The notes: generated from the sequence alone by a model not told the origin. Shown: positions 38,041 to 49,255, numbered from the stretch's first letter. The stretch is 64,000 nt of DNA from an uncultured Erysipelotrichia bacterium (GCA_964593055.1 CAZQIG010000004.1:52512-116511), one strand, 5' to 3'. Made by a program: numbers and translations.

Positions 38041-38403
38041 ATGATTAATAAGAAAAGTCGTAATTTAATACGTAAAGCGCGTCATCAGCGTTTAAGAAAA
38101 AAAATATCAGGTACAGCTAGTATTCCACGTTTAAATGTTTTCCGTTCATCAAAAAATATTTATGCACAAATCATAAATGATGATGAGGGAGTAACACTTG
38201 TTAGTGCATCAACGTTGGAAAAAGACTTGGGCCTTGAGAATACAAGTAATGTCGAAGCTGCTGCTAAAGTTGGTGAAGTAATTGCTAAAAGAGCTTTAGA
38301 AGCTAATATTGAAACAGTAGTTTTTGATCGTGGTGGTTACAAATATCACGGGAAAGTAGCTGCATTAGCAGAAGCTGCTCGTGAAGCTGGTTTAAAATTC
38401 TAA
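38041..38403 (+). CDS. rplR: 50S ribosomal protein L18
   Basis: [18 protein letters not shown]. Confidence 0.99.
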   Translation: MINKKSRNLIRKARHQRLRKKISGTASIPRLNVFRSSKNIYAQIINDDEGVTLVSASTLEKDLGLENTSNVEAAAKVGEVIAKRALEANIETVVFDRGGYKYHGKVAALAEAAREAGLKF

Positions 38404-38417
38404 AAGGAGGTATATTA

Positions 38418-38924
38418 ATGGCTAACAAAAGATTCGACCAAAAAGATCGTGAATTCGAAGAAAATGTTGTAAAAATCGGTCGTATTACTAAAGTTGTTAA
38501 AGGTGGACGTAGAATGCGTTTTAATGCTTTAGTAGTTATTGGAGATAAAAAAGGTAGAGTTGGTTTTGGAACAGGAAAAGCAAAAGAAGTTCCTGAAGCA
38601 ATTCGTAAAGCAGTACAAGATGCTAAAAAGAATTTAATTAGAGTACCAATTATTGATGAAAGAACAATTCCACATGAAATTATTGGAAAGCATGGTGCAG
38701 GAAAGATTTTACTTATTCCAGCTAGTAAAGGTACAGGAATTATTGCTGGTGGACCTGTTCGTTCAGTATTAGAACTTGCTGGAGTACATGATATCTTATC
38801 AAAGTCACAAGGTTCTAATACACCAATTAACATGGTACGTGCAACTTTTGATGCTTTGTCAAATTTAAAAACTGTAGAAAGCGTAGCAAAGTTACGTGGT
38901 AAGAAACCAGAGGACATTTTATAA
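38418..38924 (+). CDS. rpsE: 30S ribosomal protein S5
   Basis: [16 protein letters not shown]. Confidence 0.99.
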   Translation: MANKRFDQKDREFEENVVKIGRITKVVKGGRRMRFNALVVIGDKKGRVGFGTGKAKEVPEAIRKAVQDAKKNLIRVPIIDERTIPHEIIGKHGAGKILLIPASKGTGIIAGGPVRSVLELAGVHDILSKSQGSNTPINMVRATFDALSNLKTVESVAKLRGKKPEDIL

Positions 38925-39103
38925 TGGCTAATTTAAAAATTACTTACGTTAAAAGTGTTATTGGTAGAAACCCTAATCAAAAGAAAACACTACAAGCTTT
39001 AGGTTTAACTAAATTAAATTCAAGTGTTATAAAAAATGATGATGTTGCGATTAGAGGGATGATTAGTAAAGTTGCTCACCTAGTCGTAGTTGAGGAGGTG
39101 TAG
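38924..39103 (+). CDS. rpmD: 50S ribosomal protein L30 (not in ORF track, 59 aa)
   Basis: Translated by hand: [59 protein letters not shown]. Confidence 0.96.
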   Translation: MANLKITYVKSVIGRNPNQKKTLQALGLTKLNSSVIKNDDVAIRGMISKVAHLVVVEEV

Positions 39104-39104
39104 G

Positions 39105-39548
39105 ATGAACTTACATGAGTTAAAGCCTACAAAAGGCTCTAGACATACACGTAAGCGTGTAGGACGTGGACATGCCACTGGTTCAGGTAAAACATCGGGT
39201 AGAGGACATAAAGGACAAAATGCTCGAAGTGGTGGAGGAACAAGACCAGGGTTTGAGGGTGGTCAATTACCAATTTTCAAACGTGTTCCTAAAAGAGGAT
39301 TTACAAATTACACACGTAAAGAATACGTTGTTGTAAATTTAGAAGTTTTAAATCAATTTGAAGATGGTATGGAAGTTACTCCAGCTTTATTAAAAGAAGT
39401 TGGTGTTGTGAAACAAGAGTTATGTGGAGTTAAGATTTTAGGCAGAGGAAATTTAACGAAAAAATTAAATGTATCTGCTCATAAATTTTCTGCAACTGCT
39501 AAAGAAGCTATTGAAGCAAATGGTGGAACAGTAACAGAGGTACAGTAA
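39105..39548 (+). CDS. rplO: 50S ribosomal protein L15
   Basis: RVGRG...[19 protein letters not shown]; ATG 39105 after GAGGAGG. Confidence 0.98.
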   Translation: MNLHELKPTKGSRHTRKRVGRGHATGSGKTSGRGHKGQNARSGGGTRPGFEGGQLPIFKRVPKRGFTNYTRKEYVVVNLEVLNQFEDGMEVTPALLKEVGVVKQELCGVKILGRGNLTKKLNVSAHKFSATAKEAIEANGGTVTEVQ

Positions 39549-39549
39549 T

Positions 39550-40848
39550 ATGAAAGATTTAGTGAGAGGGATCTTTGATAAGAAAAACAAGCATATTAGA
39601 AAGAAAATTTTATTCACATTGTTTGTATCAGTAATTTTTCTAGTAGGAAATCAAATTCAAGTTCCTAATACTACACCAATTACTTCAACAGAATCAGGAA
39701 TTGTAGACTTATTAGATTTTATGACTGGTGGGGGATTATCACAATTTTCAATTTTTGCACTAGGAGTAATGCCTTATATTACTGCTTCAATTGTAATTCA
39801 GTTATTATCAATGGATGTTATTCCATATTTAACAGAATTAAAAGAATTGGGTGAAGTTGGTAGACGTAAACAAAATCAAATTACACGTTATTTAGGATTA
39901 ACATTAGCGATTGTGCAAGGGTTTGCCTTTGCGATTATGTTTGATAATCAATATTCTATTGTTGTTGACGCTAATCCATTAACGTATACATGGATCGCTT
40001 TAATTTTAACAGCAGGTACTGCCTCGCTTTTATGGTTAGGGGATCAAATTACAGCACGTGGTATTGGAAATGGACTTTCAGTAATTATCATGATTGGGAT
40101 TATTAGTCGTATTCCAAATATGTTTATCGATGCCTTTGAAGCAATTTTTATAAATGGGACAACTCAAGAAATTTTTATAACAGGTTTACAGTTTACAGGA
40201 TTTGTGTTTGGTTATTTATTGATTGTAATTTTTGTTATTTTCTTCCAAGAAGCTGTACGTAGAATAGCTTTACAATATTCTAACCGCACTTCAAGTGCTT
40301 ATGGAGGAGTAGGAAGAAATTTTATTCCTATTAAAGTCAATTCTGCAGGAGTAATTCCAGTAATTTTTGCAAGTAGTATTATGACAGCACCGACTATTAT
40401 TATTGCATTATTATCTAATTGGTATGATGTAACAGCAGCTAGTTTATGGATTGAAAAATATTTGTCATTTACTGAACCTATTGGTTTTGCAATTTACTTA
40501 ACATTAATTTTTGCTTTTGCTTATTTCTATACGTTCTTGCAAATTAATCCAAAAGATACTGCAGAGAATTTACAAAAGAGTGGAGCTTATATTCCAGGAG
40601 TTCGTCCAGGTGTTGAAACAGAAAAATATGTTTCGAGAGTTTTAGGAAGATTGACATTTGTTGGAGGATTATTTATTGTATTTGTAGCGGGATTGCCAAT
40701 TGCTGCTTCATTTATCTTTAAAGGATTACCACCGAGTGTTACTATTGGAGGAACAGGAATTTTAATTGTTGTTGGTGTAGCACTTGAGATGATGCGCCAG
40801 TTAGAAGAACAATTGATAGGTCAAGATTATGAAAGGTATATAAAGTAA
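39550..40848 (+). CDS. secY: Preprotein translocase subunit SecY
   Basis: SIFALGVMPYITASI, AGVIPVIFA, IPGVRPG, GGTGILIVVGV. Confidence 0.98.
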   Translation: MKDLVRGIFDKKNKHIRKKILFTLFVSVIFLVGNQIQVPNTTPITSTESGIVDLLDFMTGGGLSQFSIFALGVMPYITASIVIQLLSMDVIPYLTELKELGEVGRRKQNQITRYLGLTLAIVQGFAFAIMFDNQYSIVVDANPLTYTWIALILTAGTASLLWLGDQITARGIGNGLSVIIMIGIISRIPNMFIDAFEAIFINGTTQEIFITGLQFTGFVFGYLLIVIFVIFFQEAVRRIALQYSNRTSSAYGGVGRNFIPIKVNSAGVIPVIFASSIMTAPTIIIALLSNWYDVTAASLWIEKYLSFTEPIGFAIYLTLIFAFAYFYTFLQINPKDTAENLQKSGAYIPGVRPGVETEKYVSRVLGRLTFVGGLFIVFVAGLPIAASFIFKGLPPSVTIGGTGILIVVGVALEMMRQLEEQLIGQDYERYIK

Positions 40849-41495
40849 TGGGTTTAATTTTATTAGGGCCACCAGGGTGTGGAAAAGGAACGCAGGCGTT
40901 TGCTTTAAAAGATGCATTAAATCTTGAACATTTATCGACAGGTGATTTGTTTAGGAATGCTATTACTAATAAAACTACAGCTGGATTAGAAGCTAAATCT
41001 TTTATAGATCAGGGTCTACTAGTTCCAGATGAAATTACTTCAAAAATTTTAAAGGAAGCTTTAGTATCAAGTGATAAAGATTTTTTGCTAGATGGGTTTC
41101 CAAGAACTATTAATCAGGCTGAGACTTTAGAAGGAATGTCAAGAGAACATGATTTTCCAATTGATGCTGTTTTAAATTTTCAAGTACCAGAAGAAATTTT
41201 AATTGAACGTTTAACAGGAAGACGAATTTGTCCTAAAGATGGATCGAGTTATCACTTGCTTAATCGTCCACCTAAAGTAGAAGGTATTTGTGATTTATGT
41301 GGTAGTAAATTAATTCAACGTCCAGATGATAATGAAAAAAGTGCAATTATTAGATTAAATGAATACAATAGTAAGACAAAGCCTTTAATTGATTTTTACA
41401 CAGAAAAAGGCATCTTAATAAATATAGATGCTAATTTAGCTGTTGAAGAATGTACAAAATCAATTTTAGAAGCACTAGGTTTTGACAATGATTGA
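40848..41495 (+). CDS. adk: Adenylate kinase
   Basis: GPPGCGKGTQ, STGDLFR, LDGFPRT, Zn-lid Cys motifs. Confidence 0.97.
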   Translation: MGLILLGPPGCGKGTQAFALKDALNLEHLSTGDLFRNAITNKTTAGLEAKSFIDQGLLVPDEITSKILKEALVSSDKDFLLDGFPRTINQAETLEGMSREHDFPIDAVLNFQVPEEILIERLTGRRICPKDGSSYHLLNRPPKVEGICDLCGSKLIQRPDDNEKSAIIRLNEYNSKTKPLIDFYTEKGILINIDANLAVEECTKSILEALGFDND

Positions 41496-42255
41496 AATTA
41501 AGAGTCAAAGAGAAATAGCTTTAATGCGTATTGCGGGTGAGATTGTTGCTAAAACACATGAGTTATTAAAACCGATGATTCAAAATGGTGTTAGTACAAT
41601 GGATCTTGAATTAGCTGCAGAGAAGTTTATTTTGGAAAATGGAGCAACTCCATCGTTTAAAAATTACAATGGATTTCCATATGCGTTATGTATTTCAATG
41701 AATAATGAGGTTGTGCATGGTATGCCGTCTCATGATAAAATTCTTCGAGATGGTGACATTGTTAGTATTGATATTGGTGCGTGTTATAAGGGTTATCATG
41801 GTGATAGTGCTTGGACATATGCTGTTGGAAATGTTAGCGATGAAGCTAAATACTTGATGGAACATACAAAAAATGCACTGTTTGTTGGTTTAGAAGAGTG
41901 TGTTGCTGGTAAACGTATTGGAGATATTAGTAATGCAATTGAAAAATATGCTAGAAAACATAATTTAGGTATAACTAAAGAGTTATCTGGTCATGGAATT
42001 GGAAAAAAATTACATGAAGATCCAGAAGTACCTAATTATGGAGCGGCAAATAAAGGTGCTAAATTAAAAGTAGGTATGACTATTGCTATAGAGCCAATGC
42101 TTAATTTAGGAGAAGATAGCATTAGAATACTTGATGATGAGTGGACAATTGTAACAAAGGATGGTTCGCTTGCTGCTCATTATGAGCATACAATTGTTAT
42201 ACTTGAAGAAGGATATGAAATATTAACAAAAGATAATGGAGGAACTAATGGCTAA
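41488..42255 (+). CDS. map: Methionine aminopeptidase type I
   Basis: [40 protein letters not shown]; start 41482 (TTG) or 41488 (ATG). Confidence 0.96.
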   Translation: MIEIKSQREIALMRIAGEIVAKTHELLKPMIQNGVSTMDLELAAEKFILENGATPSFKNYNGFPYALCISMNNEVVHGMPSHDKILRDGDIVSIDIGACYKGYHGDSAWTYAVGNVSDEAKYLMEHTKNALFVGLEECVAGKRIGDISNAIEKYARKHNLGITKELSGHGIGKKLHEDPEVPNYGAANKGAKLKVGMTIAIEPMLNLGEDSIRILDDEWTIVTKDGSLAAHYEHTIVILEEGYEILTKDNGGTNG

Positions 42256-42466
42256 AGATGTTATTGAAGTTGAAGCTATTGTAATTGAAAATATGCCGGG
42301 AGCTAAATTTCGTGTGAGATTAGAAAACGGTCATGAAGTGTTAGCACACGTTTCTGGTAAAATCCGTATGAATTACATACGCATCTTACCAGGGGATAAA
42401 GTTAGGATTGAACTTAGTCCATATGACTTAACACGTGGTAGAATCACTTATAGAATTGGTAAATAA
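42248..42466 (+). CDS. infA: Translation initiation factor IF-1
   Basis: [28 protein letters not shown]; ATG 42248 after GGAGG. Confidence 0.98.
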   Translation: MAKDVIEVEAIVIENMPGAKFRVRLENGHEVLAHVSGKIRMNYIRILPGDKVRIELSPYDLTRGRITYRIGK

Positions 42467-42479
42467 AGGAGGTTTTGGT

Positions 42480-42593
42480 ATGAAGGTAAGACCATCAGTG
42501 AAACCAATATGTGACAAGTGTCGAGTAATAAAAAGAAAAGGGCGAGTAATGGTAATATGTGAAAACCCAAAACATAAACAACGTCAAGGTTAA
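42480..42593 (+). CDS. rpmJ: 50S ribosomal protein L36 (not in ORF track)
   Basis: Translated by hand: [37 protein letters not shown]. Confidence 0.98.
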   Translation: MKVRPSVKPICDKCRVIKRKGRVMVICENPKHKQRQG

Positions 42594-42607
42594 TAGGAGG
42601 TGTACAA

Positions 42608-42973
42608 ATGGCGAGAATAGCTGGTGTAGATATTCCACGCGAAAAACGCGTAGTTATCTCATTAACTTATATTTATGGAATCGGTTTAACTACTTCTAAG
42701 AAAATTTTGAGCGCTGCAAATATTGATGAAAGCACGCGTGTAAAAGATTTATCTGAAGAGGAATTAAACTTAATTCGTAGTGAAGTAAACAACTTTACTA
42801 TTGAAGGAGACTTAAGACGTGAAAACAGTTTAAATATTAAGCGTTTAATGGAAATCGGTGCTTATCGTGGATTACGTCATCGTCGTAGTCTACCAGTTCG
42901 TGGACAAAACACGAAAAATAATGCACGTACGAGAAAAGGCGTTAAAAAAACTGTTGCAAATAAGAAAAAATAG
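42608..42973 (+). CDS. rpsM: 30S ribosomal protein S13
   Basis: [22 protein letters not shown]. Confidence 0.99.
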   Translation: MARIAGVDIPREKRVVISLTYIYGIGLTTSKKILSAANIDESTRVKDLSEEELNLIRSEVNNFTIEGDLRRENSLNIKRLMEIGAYRGLRHRRSLPVRGQNTKNNARTRKGVKKTVANKKK

Positions 42974-42994
42974 TAACTAAAAAGGAGGTCAGTT

Positions 42995-43381
42995 ATGGCA
43001 CGTAAAGTTGTTAAGAAGCGTAAAGTGAAAAAAAATATACCTCATGGGGTAGCACATATTCACTCTACTTTTAATAATACAATCGTAACGATTACTGATG
43101 AAAAAGGTAATGCACTTGCTTGGGCTTCTGCAGGTTCTTGTGGATTTAAAGGAAGTCGTAAGTCAACACCGCATGCTGCTCAAATTGCAACTGAAGCGGC
43201 AGCTAAGTCAGCAAAAGAGTGCGGAGTAATAGCAGTTGATGTTTCAGTTAAAGGACCAGGTCCAGGACGTGAAGCAGCAATAAGACAATTAGAAGTATCA
43301 GGAATAGAAGTTAAATCAATTATTGATGTTACACCTGTTCCACATAATGGTTGTCGTCCACCGAAACGTCCTCGTGGATAA
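42995..43381 (+). CDS. rpsK: 30S ribosomal protein S11
   Basis: [26 protein letters not shown]. Confidence 0.99.
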   Translation: MARKVVKKRKVKKNIPHGVAHIHSTFNNTIVTITDEKGNALAWASAGSCGFKGSRKSTPHAAQIATEAAAKSAKECGVIAVDVSVKGPGPGREAAIRQLEVSGIEVKSIIDVTPVPHNGCRPPKRPRG

Positions 43382-43402
43382 AATAAATAAAGGAGGCGTA
43401 AT

Positions 43403-44344
43403 ATGGTAAAATTTGAAAAACCAGATTTTAAAGTCGAAGAATATTCTGAAGATATATTTTATGGAAGATTTGTTCTAGAACCACTGGAAAGAGGATATGG
43501 AATGACAATAGGTAATGCTCTACGTAGAGTATTAGTTTCTTCTTTACCAGGTGCAGCAGTAAAATCTATAAAAATAGATGGAATTTTACATGAGTTTCAA
43601 ACATTAGAAGGGGTTTTAGAAGATGTTACCCACATTATCTTGAATATTAAAAACTTAGTGTTAAAAATTAATAGTGATGAAGAGAAAACATTAACTATTA
43701 ATGTAAATAAATCGGGGGCGATAACTGCAGCAGATATCGAATGTGATTCTGATGTTGAAATTATTAATCTAGATCATCATATTGCTACACTTAGTGCTAA
43801 GCGTGAGTTTTCAATGGAAATGGTTGCAGTACGTGGTAAGGGATATGTTCCTTCGTTTGAAAATAAATCAGAGATTCAAACGGTGTCAGTATTGCCTATT
43901 GATTCTATGTTTACACCTATTAGGAAGGTTACATACAAGGTAGAAAAGACGCGTGTAGGTCAAAATGCTTCATATGATCGCTTGATTTTAGATGTTTGGA
44001 CAAATGGGGCATTAAAACCTGAAGAAGCCATTTCACTAGGAAGTAAAATTTTGGTTGAGCATTTTAATATAATTGCGGACTTAAATGATATTTCACAAAT
44101 TGATGGATTAATGAATGAAAAAGAAGAGAATTTAATAGATAAAGCTTTAGAAACACCTGTTGAAAACTTGAATTTAACGGTTAGAGCATATAACTGTTTA
44201 AAACGTGCTGGTATTCATACAGTACAAGATTTAACAGAAAAAACTGAAGCAGAAATGATTAAAGTTAAAAACTTAGGAAAAATTTCTTTAGAAGATGTTA
44301 TTAGAAATTTACATGAATTAGGTCTTGATTTAAAAAGAGATTAA
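43403..44344 (+). CDS. rpoA: RNA polymerase alpha subunit
   Basis: [16 protein letters not shown], alpha-[16 protein letters not shown]. Confidence 0.99.
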   Translation: MVKFEKPDFKVEEYSEDIFYGRFVLEPLERGYGMTIGNALRRVLVSSLPGAAVKSIKIDGILHEFQTLEGVLEDVTHIILNIKNLVLKINSDEEKTLTINVNKSGAITAADIECDSDVEIINLDHHIATLSAKREFSMEMVAVRGKGYVPSFENKSEIQTVSVLPIDSMFTPIRKVTYKVEKTRVGQNASYDRLILDVWTNGALKPEEAISLGSKILVEHFNIIADLNDISQIDGLMNEKEENLIDKALETPVENLNLTVRAYNCLKRAGIHTVQDLTEKTEAEMIKVKNLGKISLEDVIRNLHELGLDLKRD

Positions 44345-44363
44345 GGTAAAGGAGGTTTATGAT

Positions 44364-44717
44364 ATGGGATATCGTAAATTAGGAAGAGATAGTGCACATC
44401 GTAAGTCATTGCTTCGTAATTTGGCAACAGATGTTATTGTACATGAACGAATTGAAACAACTCTTCACAAAGCTAAAGAGTCTCGTGTTTTAGTAGAAAA
44501 ACTAATTACTTTAGGTAAAAAAGGTGATTTAGCATCACGTAGACGTGCGGCTAGTGTTTTGAGAAATGTTGAAGTAGATGGTCAATCGGCTTTACAAAAA
44601 CTTTTTTCTGATATTGCACCAAGATATAAAGATCGTAATGGTGGATATACAAGAATTATTCGTTTGGAAAATCGCCGTGGTGATGATGCCGAGGTTGTTA
44701 TATTAGAATTAGTTTAA
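44364..44717 (+). CDS. rplQ: 50S ribosomal protein L17
   Basis: [21 protein letters not shown]. Confidence 0.99.
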   Translation: MGYRKLGRDSAHRKSLLRNLATDVIVHERIETTLHKAKESRVLVEKLITLGKKGDLASRRRAASVLRNVEVDGQSALQKLFSDIAPRYKDRNGGYTRIIRLENRRGDDAEVVILELV

Positions 44718-44718
44718 C

Positions 44719-44763
44719 AAAATAAAAACTGTTAGTAGACAATACTAATAGTTTTATTTTTTT
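44719..44763 (+). terminator. Intrinsic terminator of the alpha operon
   Basis: AAAACTGTTAGTA-GACAA-TACTAATAGTTTT hairpin plus T run. Confidence 0.75.
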
Positions 44764-44823
44764 GAAAAAATTGGTTTTTTAAGTAACAAATATGTGTTAT
44801 AATGTTAGAAGAGGTGAACCACA

Positions 44824-45474
44824 ATGAAAAAGATAACTATGGTTACAGGAATGTATGGTAGTGGTAAATCAGAATTTTGTGTAAACTTAGCAATTCATGC
44901 AAGTAGACAAGGATATAAAGTTTATTTAGCTGATGTTGATGTGATTAATGTTTATTTTAGATCAAGAGAAGCATCAGAGCTTTTGTCTCAATATGGAATT
45001 GAGGTATTAGGAAATGTTTTAGGACATCGTGCTGATACGGATATGCCACATTTTAGTGCTAATTTTGCAAGAGCTTTTACTGAGGAAAACAGTATTTTGA
45101 TTTTTGATTTAGCTGGTAGTGAAGTAGGACTGAGAATGCTACCATCATTTTTAGAAAAATATATTGATTATGAGTATGATTTTTTAAATATTGTAAACAT
45201 AAGGAGGGAAGATAGCAGTAATTCAAAAGCAATTGAAAATTACATAGAATTTGTCAATAGTTATTCGGACTTTAAGATTAATGGATTAGTTAATAATACT
45301 AATTTGATTAATTTTACAACTGTTGATGATTTATTGGCAGGTCAAAAAGAGTTATTACAAGTTCCAAATTTAGAAGTTAAGTATGTTTTTTTGAATGAGA
45401 AAAATGATTCAAAAGAATTAGTTGGAAAAAAAATTATTTTTAAAGAATTGATTTTGCGTAAGCAATGGCAATAA
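44824..45474 (+). CDS. P-loop ATP-binding protein preceding the Vor operon
   Basis: TGMYGSGKSEF Walker A, DVDVINVYFRSRE, LVNNTNL; own extended -10 (TGTTATAAT near 44795-44803). Confidence 0.75.
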   Translation: MKKITMVTGMYGSGKSEFCVNLAIHASRQGYKVYLADVDVINVYFRSREASELLSQYGIEVLGNVLGHRADTDMPHFSANFARAFTEENSILIFDLAGSEVGLRMLPSFLEKYIDYEYDFLNIVNIRREDSSNSKAIENYIEFVNSYSDFKINGLVNNTNLINFTTVDDLLAGQKELLQVPNLEVKYVFLNEKNDSKELVGKKIIFKELILRKQWQ

Positions 45475-45483
45475 GGAGGAAAA

Positions 45484-45702
45484 ATGGCAAAAGGTAAATT
45501 GTTTTTTGATGTAGAAGCATGTAAGGGATGTAATTTATGCGTTGTGAGTTGTCCTGTTAAAATTTTAGATTTAGATATGACAAGAGTTAATCATAAGGGA
45601 TATAATCCAGCGCAAATAGTTGAACCAGAAAAATGTATTGGTTGTGCAAATTGTGCGATAATATGTCCTGATAGTGTAATTACGATTGAAAGGGTAGGTT
45701 AA
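45484..45702 (+). CDS. 2x[4Fe-4S] ferredoxin / 2-oxoacid oxidoreductase delta subunit
   Basis: Two CxxCxxCxxxCP motifs. Confidence 0.92.
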   Translation: MAKGKLFFDVEACKGCNLCVVSCPVKILDLDMTRVNHKGYNPAQIVEPEKCIGCANCAIICPDSVITIERVG

Positions 45703-45704
45703 AA

Positions 45705-46763
45705 ATGGCAAAAGTTTTAATGAAAGGTGCTGAGGTTTTATGTGCTTCAGCTATAAAAGCTGGTTGTAAAGGATTCTTTGGATATCCAATCACACCACAA
45801 AATGAGGTTCCAGAGTATATGTCTCATGCGCTTGTAAAAGCTGGCGGAGTATTTGTTCAAGCTGAATCAGAAGTAGCAGCTATTAATATGGTTTATGGTG
45901 CTGCATGTACAGGAGTAAGAAGTATGACTTCTTCTTCTTCACCAGGAATAGCGCTAAAGCAAGAAGGTATTACTTATTTAGCAGGAGCAGAATTACCATG
46001 TGTAATTGCTTCAATTTCTAGAAGTGGACCTGGTCTTGGAGGAATTTTACCTTCACAAGCTGATTATTTTCAAGCTACTAGAGGTGGTGGTAATGGAGAC
46101 TATAAAACAATAGTTCTTGCACCAGCAAATTTACAAGAGTTAAGTGATTTAACACAACGTTCTTTTTATCTAGCAGATAAGTATCGTAATCCAGTTATAA
46201 TTTTAGCTGATGGAATGTTAGCACAAATGATGGAACCAGTAGAAATCGAAAAAATTGATTTTGAAGAAATTGATCATAGTGATTGGGCTGCTAATGGTAA
46301 TATGAAGGGAAGAAAACAGCATATTGTTTCAAGTTTACACTTGGATGCTGATGATTTAGAAAGTCATAATGAAAAATTGCAAGCTAAGTATCGTAAAATT
46401 GCTGAAGAAGAAGTAATGTATTCTGAGTATTGTACTGAAGATGCAGAAATTATTATCGTTTCTTATGGAACTGCATCAAGAATTGCTCGTAATGCCGTTT
46501 CTAATTTACGTAAAGAAGGTATTAAAGTTGGATTGTTCCAGCCAATTACATTAGTTCCTTTCCCGAAAGAAAGACTTTTAGAGTTATCAAAAGAAGTAAA
46601 AGTAATGTTAAGTGCTGAATTGAGTACTGGTCAAATGATTGATGATATTAATATTGCTGTAAAAGGGAATTGTCCTGTTCATTTCTATGGGCGTACAGGT
46701 GGAAATATTTTTGCCCCAGAAGAAATAGAAGCAGAAGTTAAAAAGATTTTGGAGGTAGAGTAA
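45705..46763 (+). CDS. vorB: 2-oxoacid (probably 3-methyl-2-oxobutanoate):ferredoxin oxidoreductase alpha-type subunit
   Basis: GYPITPQ, QAESEVAA, MTSSSSPG, PSQADYFQATRGGG. Confidence 0.85.
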   Translation: MAKVLMKGAEVLCASAIKAGCKGFFGYPITPQNEVPEYMSHALVKAGGVFVQAESEVAAINMVYGAACTGVRSMTSSSSPGIALKQEGITYLAGAELPCVIASISRSGPGLGGILPSQADYFQATRGGGNGDYKTIVLAPANLQELSDLTQRSFYLADKYRNPVIILADGMLAQMMEPVEIEKIDFEEIDHSDWAANGNMKGRKQHIVSSLHLDADDLESHNEKLQAKYRKIAEEEVMYSEYCTEDAEIIIVSYGTASRIARNAVSNLRKEGIKVGLFQPITLVPFPKERLLELSKEVKVMLSAELSTGQMIDDINIAVKGNCPVHFYGRTGGNIFAPEEIEAEVKKILEVE

Positions 46764-47512
46764 TGGCTGATATGATCTACAGTAGAACAAAAGGTTTGAC
46801 AGATAGAAGAAATACTTATTGTCCTGGTTGTACACACGGTATTATTCATAAATTAGTAGCAGAAGTGTTAGAAGAAATGGGAGAATTAGAAAATACAATT
46901 AATGTTGCAAGTGTTGGATGTAGTGTATTTAGTAATGAATTCTTCAATACTGATGGAGTGCAAGCAGCTCATGGTCGTGCACCGGCTGTTGCAACGGGAA
47001 TTAAAAGACTACACCCTGATAAAATGGTTTTTACTTATCAAGGTGATGGAGATTTAGCTTCAATTGGATGTGCAGAAATTGTTCATGCAGCACATCGTAG
47101 TGAAAATATTACAGTTATTTTCGTAAATAATGCGATTTATGGGATGACTGGTGGTCAAATGGCACCAACAACTTTACCTAATCAAAAAACGACTACTTCT
47201 CCTATGGGAAGAGATGTTAATACGGCTGGGTATCCATTAAAAGTAAGTGAAATGTTAGCAGAAGTTCCAGGAGCTAAGTATATTGAAAGAGTGGCAGCTG
47301 ATGCACCTGGTAATATTCGTAAAGCTAAAAAAGCAATTCGTAAAGCTTTTGAAATGCAAAAAGCTAACAAAGGATTTGCAATGGTTGAGATTTTAGGTAC
47401 TTGTAATATTGGTTGGGGTATGACACCTGTTGATTCAATGCAATGGGTTAGAGATCATATGATGCCATATTATCCTTTAGGTGTTTATAAAGATGTAGAG
47501 GAGGATAAGTAA
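46763..47512 (+). CDS. 2-oxoacid:ferredoxin oxidoreductase TPP-binding (beta) subunit
   Basis: YCPGCTHG, HGRAPAVATG, QGDGD...NNAIYGMTGGQ TPP motif. Confidence 0.9.
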   Translation: MADMIYSRTKGLTDRRNTYCPGCTHGIIHKLVAEVLEEMGELENTINVASVGCSVFSNEFFNTDGVQAAHGRAPAVATGIKRLHPDKMVFTYQGDGDLASIGCAEIVHAAHRSENITVIFVNNAIYGMTGGQMAPTTLPNQKTTTSPMGRDVNTAGYPLKVSEMLAEVPGAKYIERVAADAPGNIRKAKKAIRKAFEMQKANKGFAMVEILGTCNIGWGMTPVDSMQWVRDHMMPYYPLGVYKDVEEDK

Positions 47513-48052
47513 ATGATTGAAAAAATAGTATGTTCAGGATTTGGTGGTCAAGGAGTAATTTCACTTGGTCAAATTATTTCTTTATTAGCAATGCATGATG
47601 ATAAAAATGTTTCTTGGTTTCCTGCATATGGTGCAGAAATGCGTGGAGGAACTGCTAACTGCCAAGTAATCTATTCTGATGAGTTAGTTGGATCACCAAT
47701 TATTACAAATGATATTTCAGTGCTTATTGCGATGAATCAACCTTCGATTGATAAGTTTTTACATCGTATGATACCAGGTGGATTAATTATTGCTAATAGT
47801 AGTGTTATTACAGAGAAAATTGAAGCTGCTAATTTAGATATACGTTATGTAGATGCTACTAATTTAGCAACAGAGATTGGTTCTCCTATTTATCAAAATA
47901 TGGTTATTTTAGGAGCTTTAATTGCTTCTAAAAACAACTTTAATATTGAGCAAGTAGAAAAAGCTTTTAGTGAAAAGTTCGTGGGAAGTAAAGAAAAGTA
48001 CATTCCTGATAATTTAAAAGCAGTAAAAATTGGTATGGAAAAGGTTGTTTAA
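47513..48052 (+). CDS. 2-oxoacid:ferredoxin oxidoreductase gamma subunit
   Basis: SGFGGQG, PAYGAEMRGGTANC, NMVILGA. Confidence 0.9.
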   Translation: MIEKIVCSGFGGQGVISLGQIISLLAMHDDKNVSWFPAYGAEMRGGTANCQVIYSDELVGSPIITNDISVLIAMNQPSIDKFLHRMIPGGLIIANSSVITEKIEAANLDIRYVDATNLATEIGSPIYQNMVILGALIASKNNFNIEQVEKAFSEKFVGSKEKYIPDNLKAVKIGMEKVV

Positions 48053-48065
48053 CCTTTTCTTTTTT
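48038..48065 (+). terminator. Terminator of the oxidoreductase operon
   Basis: GAAAAGGTT-GTTT-AACCTTTTC plus T run, overlapping the stop codon. Confidence 0.7.
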
Positions 48066-48134
48066 AAAATAGGGAAAAAAGTATTTTCATAAATTCATAA
48101 AAATGGTATAATAGCATGTGTTAGGAGTGGTTTA

Positions 48135-48755
48135 ATGAGTAAAATTAGAAAAATTAAAAGAAAAAACAATGAAGCTAATGAGATTGAAAATACTGAACAA
48201 GATTTGAGTAGTTCTACTACATCAATTAAACATTTCTTTATAATTTTATTATCAATAATAGGTGTATCTTCTTTAGGCTATGCAGTTATGGAAGTTTGGA
48301 TTTTTGACGGTGGTGATGGACTTGTAGATAATGATAAGAAAGAGTTTAGTGCTCTAGAAACTGATATGTTTGCTAAGATAGCCGTTGATGATACTTTGAA
48401 GCAAAGTAATGATAATTATTATGTATTTTATTTAGATAATACTAGTCAAAGTACAAAAATTTATGAAGATTATTTAAATAAGGATGCAAGTACAGTTGAA
48501 AATAGCAAGCCTAAACTACCAGCATATTATGCAAATATGAGTGAAACGATAAATAGTTCTTTTACTTATGATTGGAAAGTGCATAATGAAGAAAAAGGGC
48601 CGTTAGCTGATGCTGATATTAACTTAGAGCCTGCTATGATGGAAGATGTTACGATTGCTTATTATCCAACTTTAATAGAAGTTAAAGAGGGAAAAATTGT
48701 TGGATTTTACGATGATGAAAAAGAAATAAAAGGAATTATTGGTCTTTCTGAATAA
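48135..48755 (+). CDS. Hypothetical membrane-anchored protein (possible thioredoxin-like fold, no Cys)
   Basis: Basic N-terminus, one TM segment, C-terminal YYPTLIEVKEGKIV; AGGAG RBS. Confidence 0.7.
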   Translation: MSKIRKIKRKNNEANEIENTEQDLSSSTTSIKHFFIILLSIIGVSSLGYAVMEVWIFDGGDGLVDNDKKEFSALETDMFAKIAVDDTLKQSNDNYYVFYLDNTSQSTKIYEDYLNKDASTVENSKPKLPAYYANMSETINSSFTYDWKVHNEEKGPLADADINLEPAMMEDVTIAYYPTLIEVKEGKIVGFYDDEKEIKGIIGLSE

Positions 48756-48789
48756 TTCTTTTTTTTTTCTAAAAAAAGACATAAAAGTA

Positions 48790-48818
48790 TTGACAATAAG
48801 TTGATAATGTAATATACT
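48790..48818 (+). promoter_or_regulatory. Promoter of the tRNA cluster
   Basis: TTGACA (48790-95), 17 bp, TATACT (48813-18). Confidence 0.85.
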
Positions 48819-48834
48819 AATAAAGCATTGAGAT

Positions 48835-48910
48835 GGGCGATTAGCTCAGTTGGGAGAGCATCTGCCTTACAAGCAGAGGGTCGGCGGTTCGAGCCCGTCA
48901 TCGCCCACCA
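48835..48910 (+). tRNA. tRNA-Val(TAC)
   Basis: GGGCGAT/ATCGCCC acceptor, TCTGC-CT TAC AA-GCAGA anticodon arm, GGTTCGA, encoded CCA. Confidence 0.96.
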
Positions 48911-48916
48911 TTTCAT

Positions 48917-48992
<76 letters not shown>

Positions 48993-48998
48993 TTTTAT

Positions 48999-49073
48999 TG
49001 CCCAGTAGCCAAGCGGTAAGGCAGTGGACTTTGACTCCATCATGCCCTGGTTCGAATCCAGGCTGGGCAACCA
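48999..49073 (+). tRNA. tRNA-Gln(TTG)
   Basis: TGCCCAG/CTGGGCA acceptor (U1-A72), GTGGA-CT TTG AC-TCCAT, CCA. Confidence 0.95.
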
Positions 49074-49087
49074 ATCAAATTCAATAT

Positions 49088-49163
49088 GTCCTGTTAGCTC
49101 AGTAGGTAGAGCATCTGACTTTTAATCAGAGGGTCAATGGTTCGAATCCATTACAGGACACCA
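49088..49163 (+). tRNA. tRNA-Lys(TTT)
   Basis: GTCCTGT/ACAGGAC acceptor, TCTGA-CT TTT AA-TCAGA, CCA. Confidence 0.96.
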
Positions 49164-49168
49164 TTCAT

Positions 49169-49252
49169 GGGGAAGTAGCGAAGAGGCTAAACGCGACTGA
49201 CTGTAACTCAGTTCCTTTTGGTTCGGCGGTTCGAATCCGTCCTTCCCCACCA
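49169..49252 (+). tRNA. tRNA-Tyr(GTA)
   Basis: GGGGAAG/CTTCCCC acceptor, ACTGA-CT GTA AC-TCAGT, long variable arm, CCA. Confidence 0.95.
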
Positions 49253-49255
49253 CGT

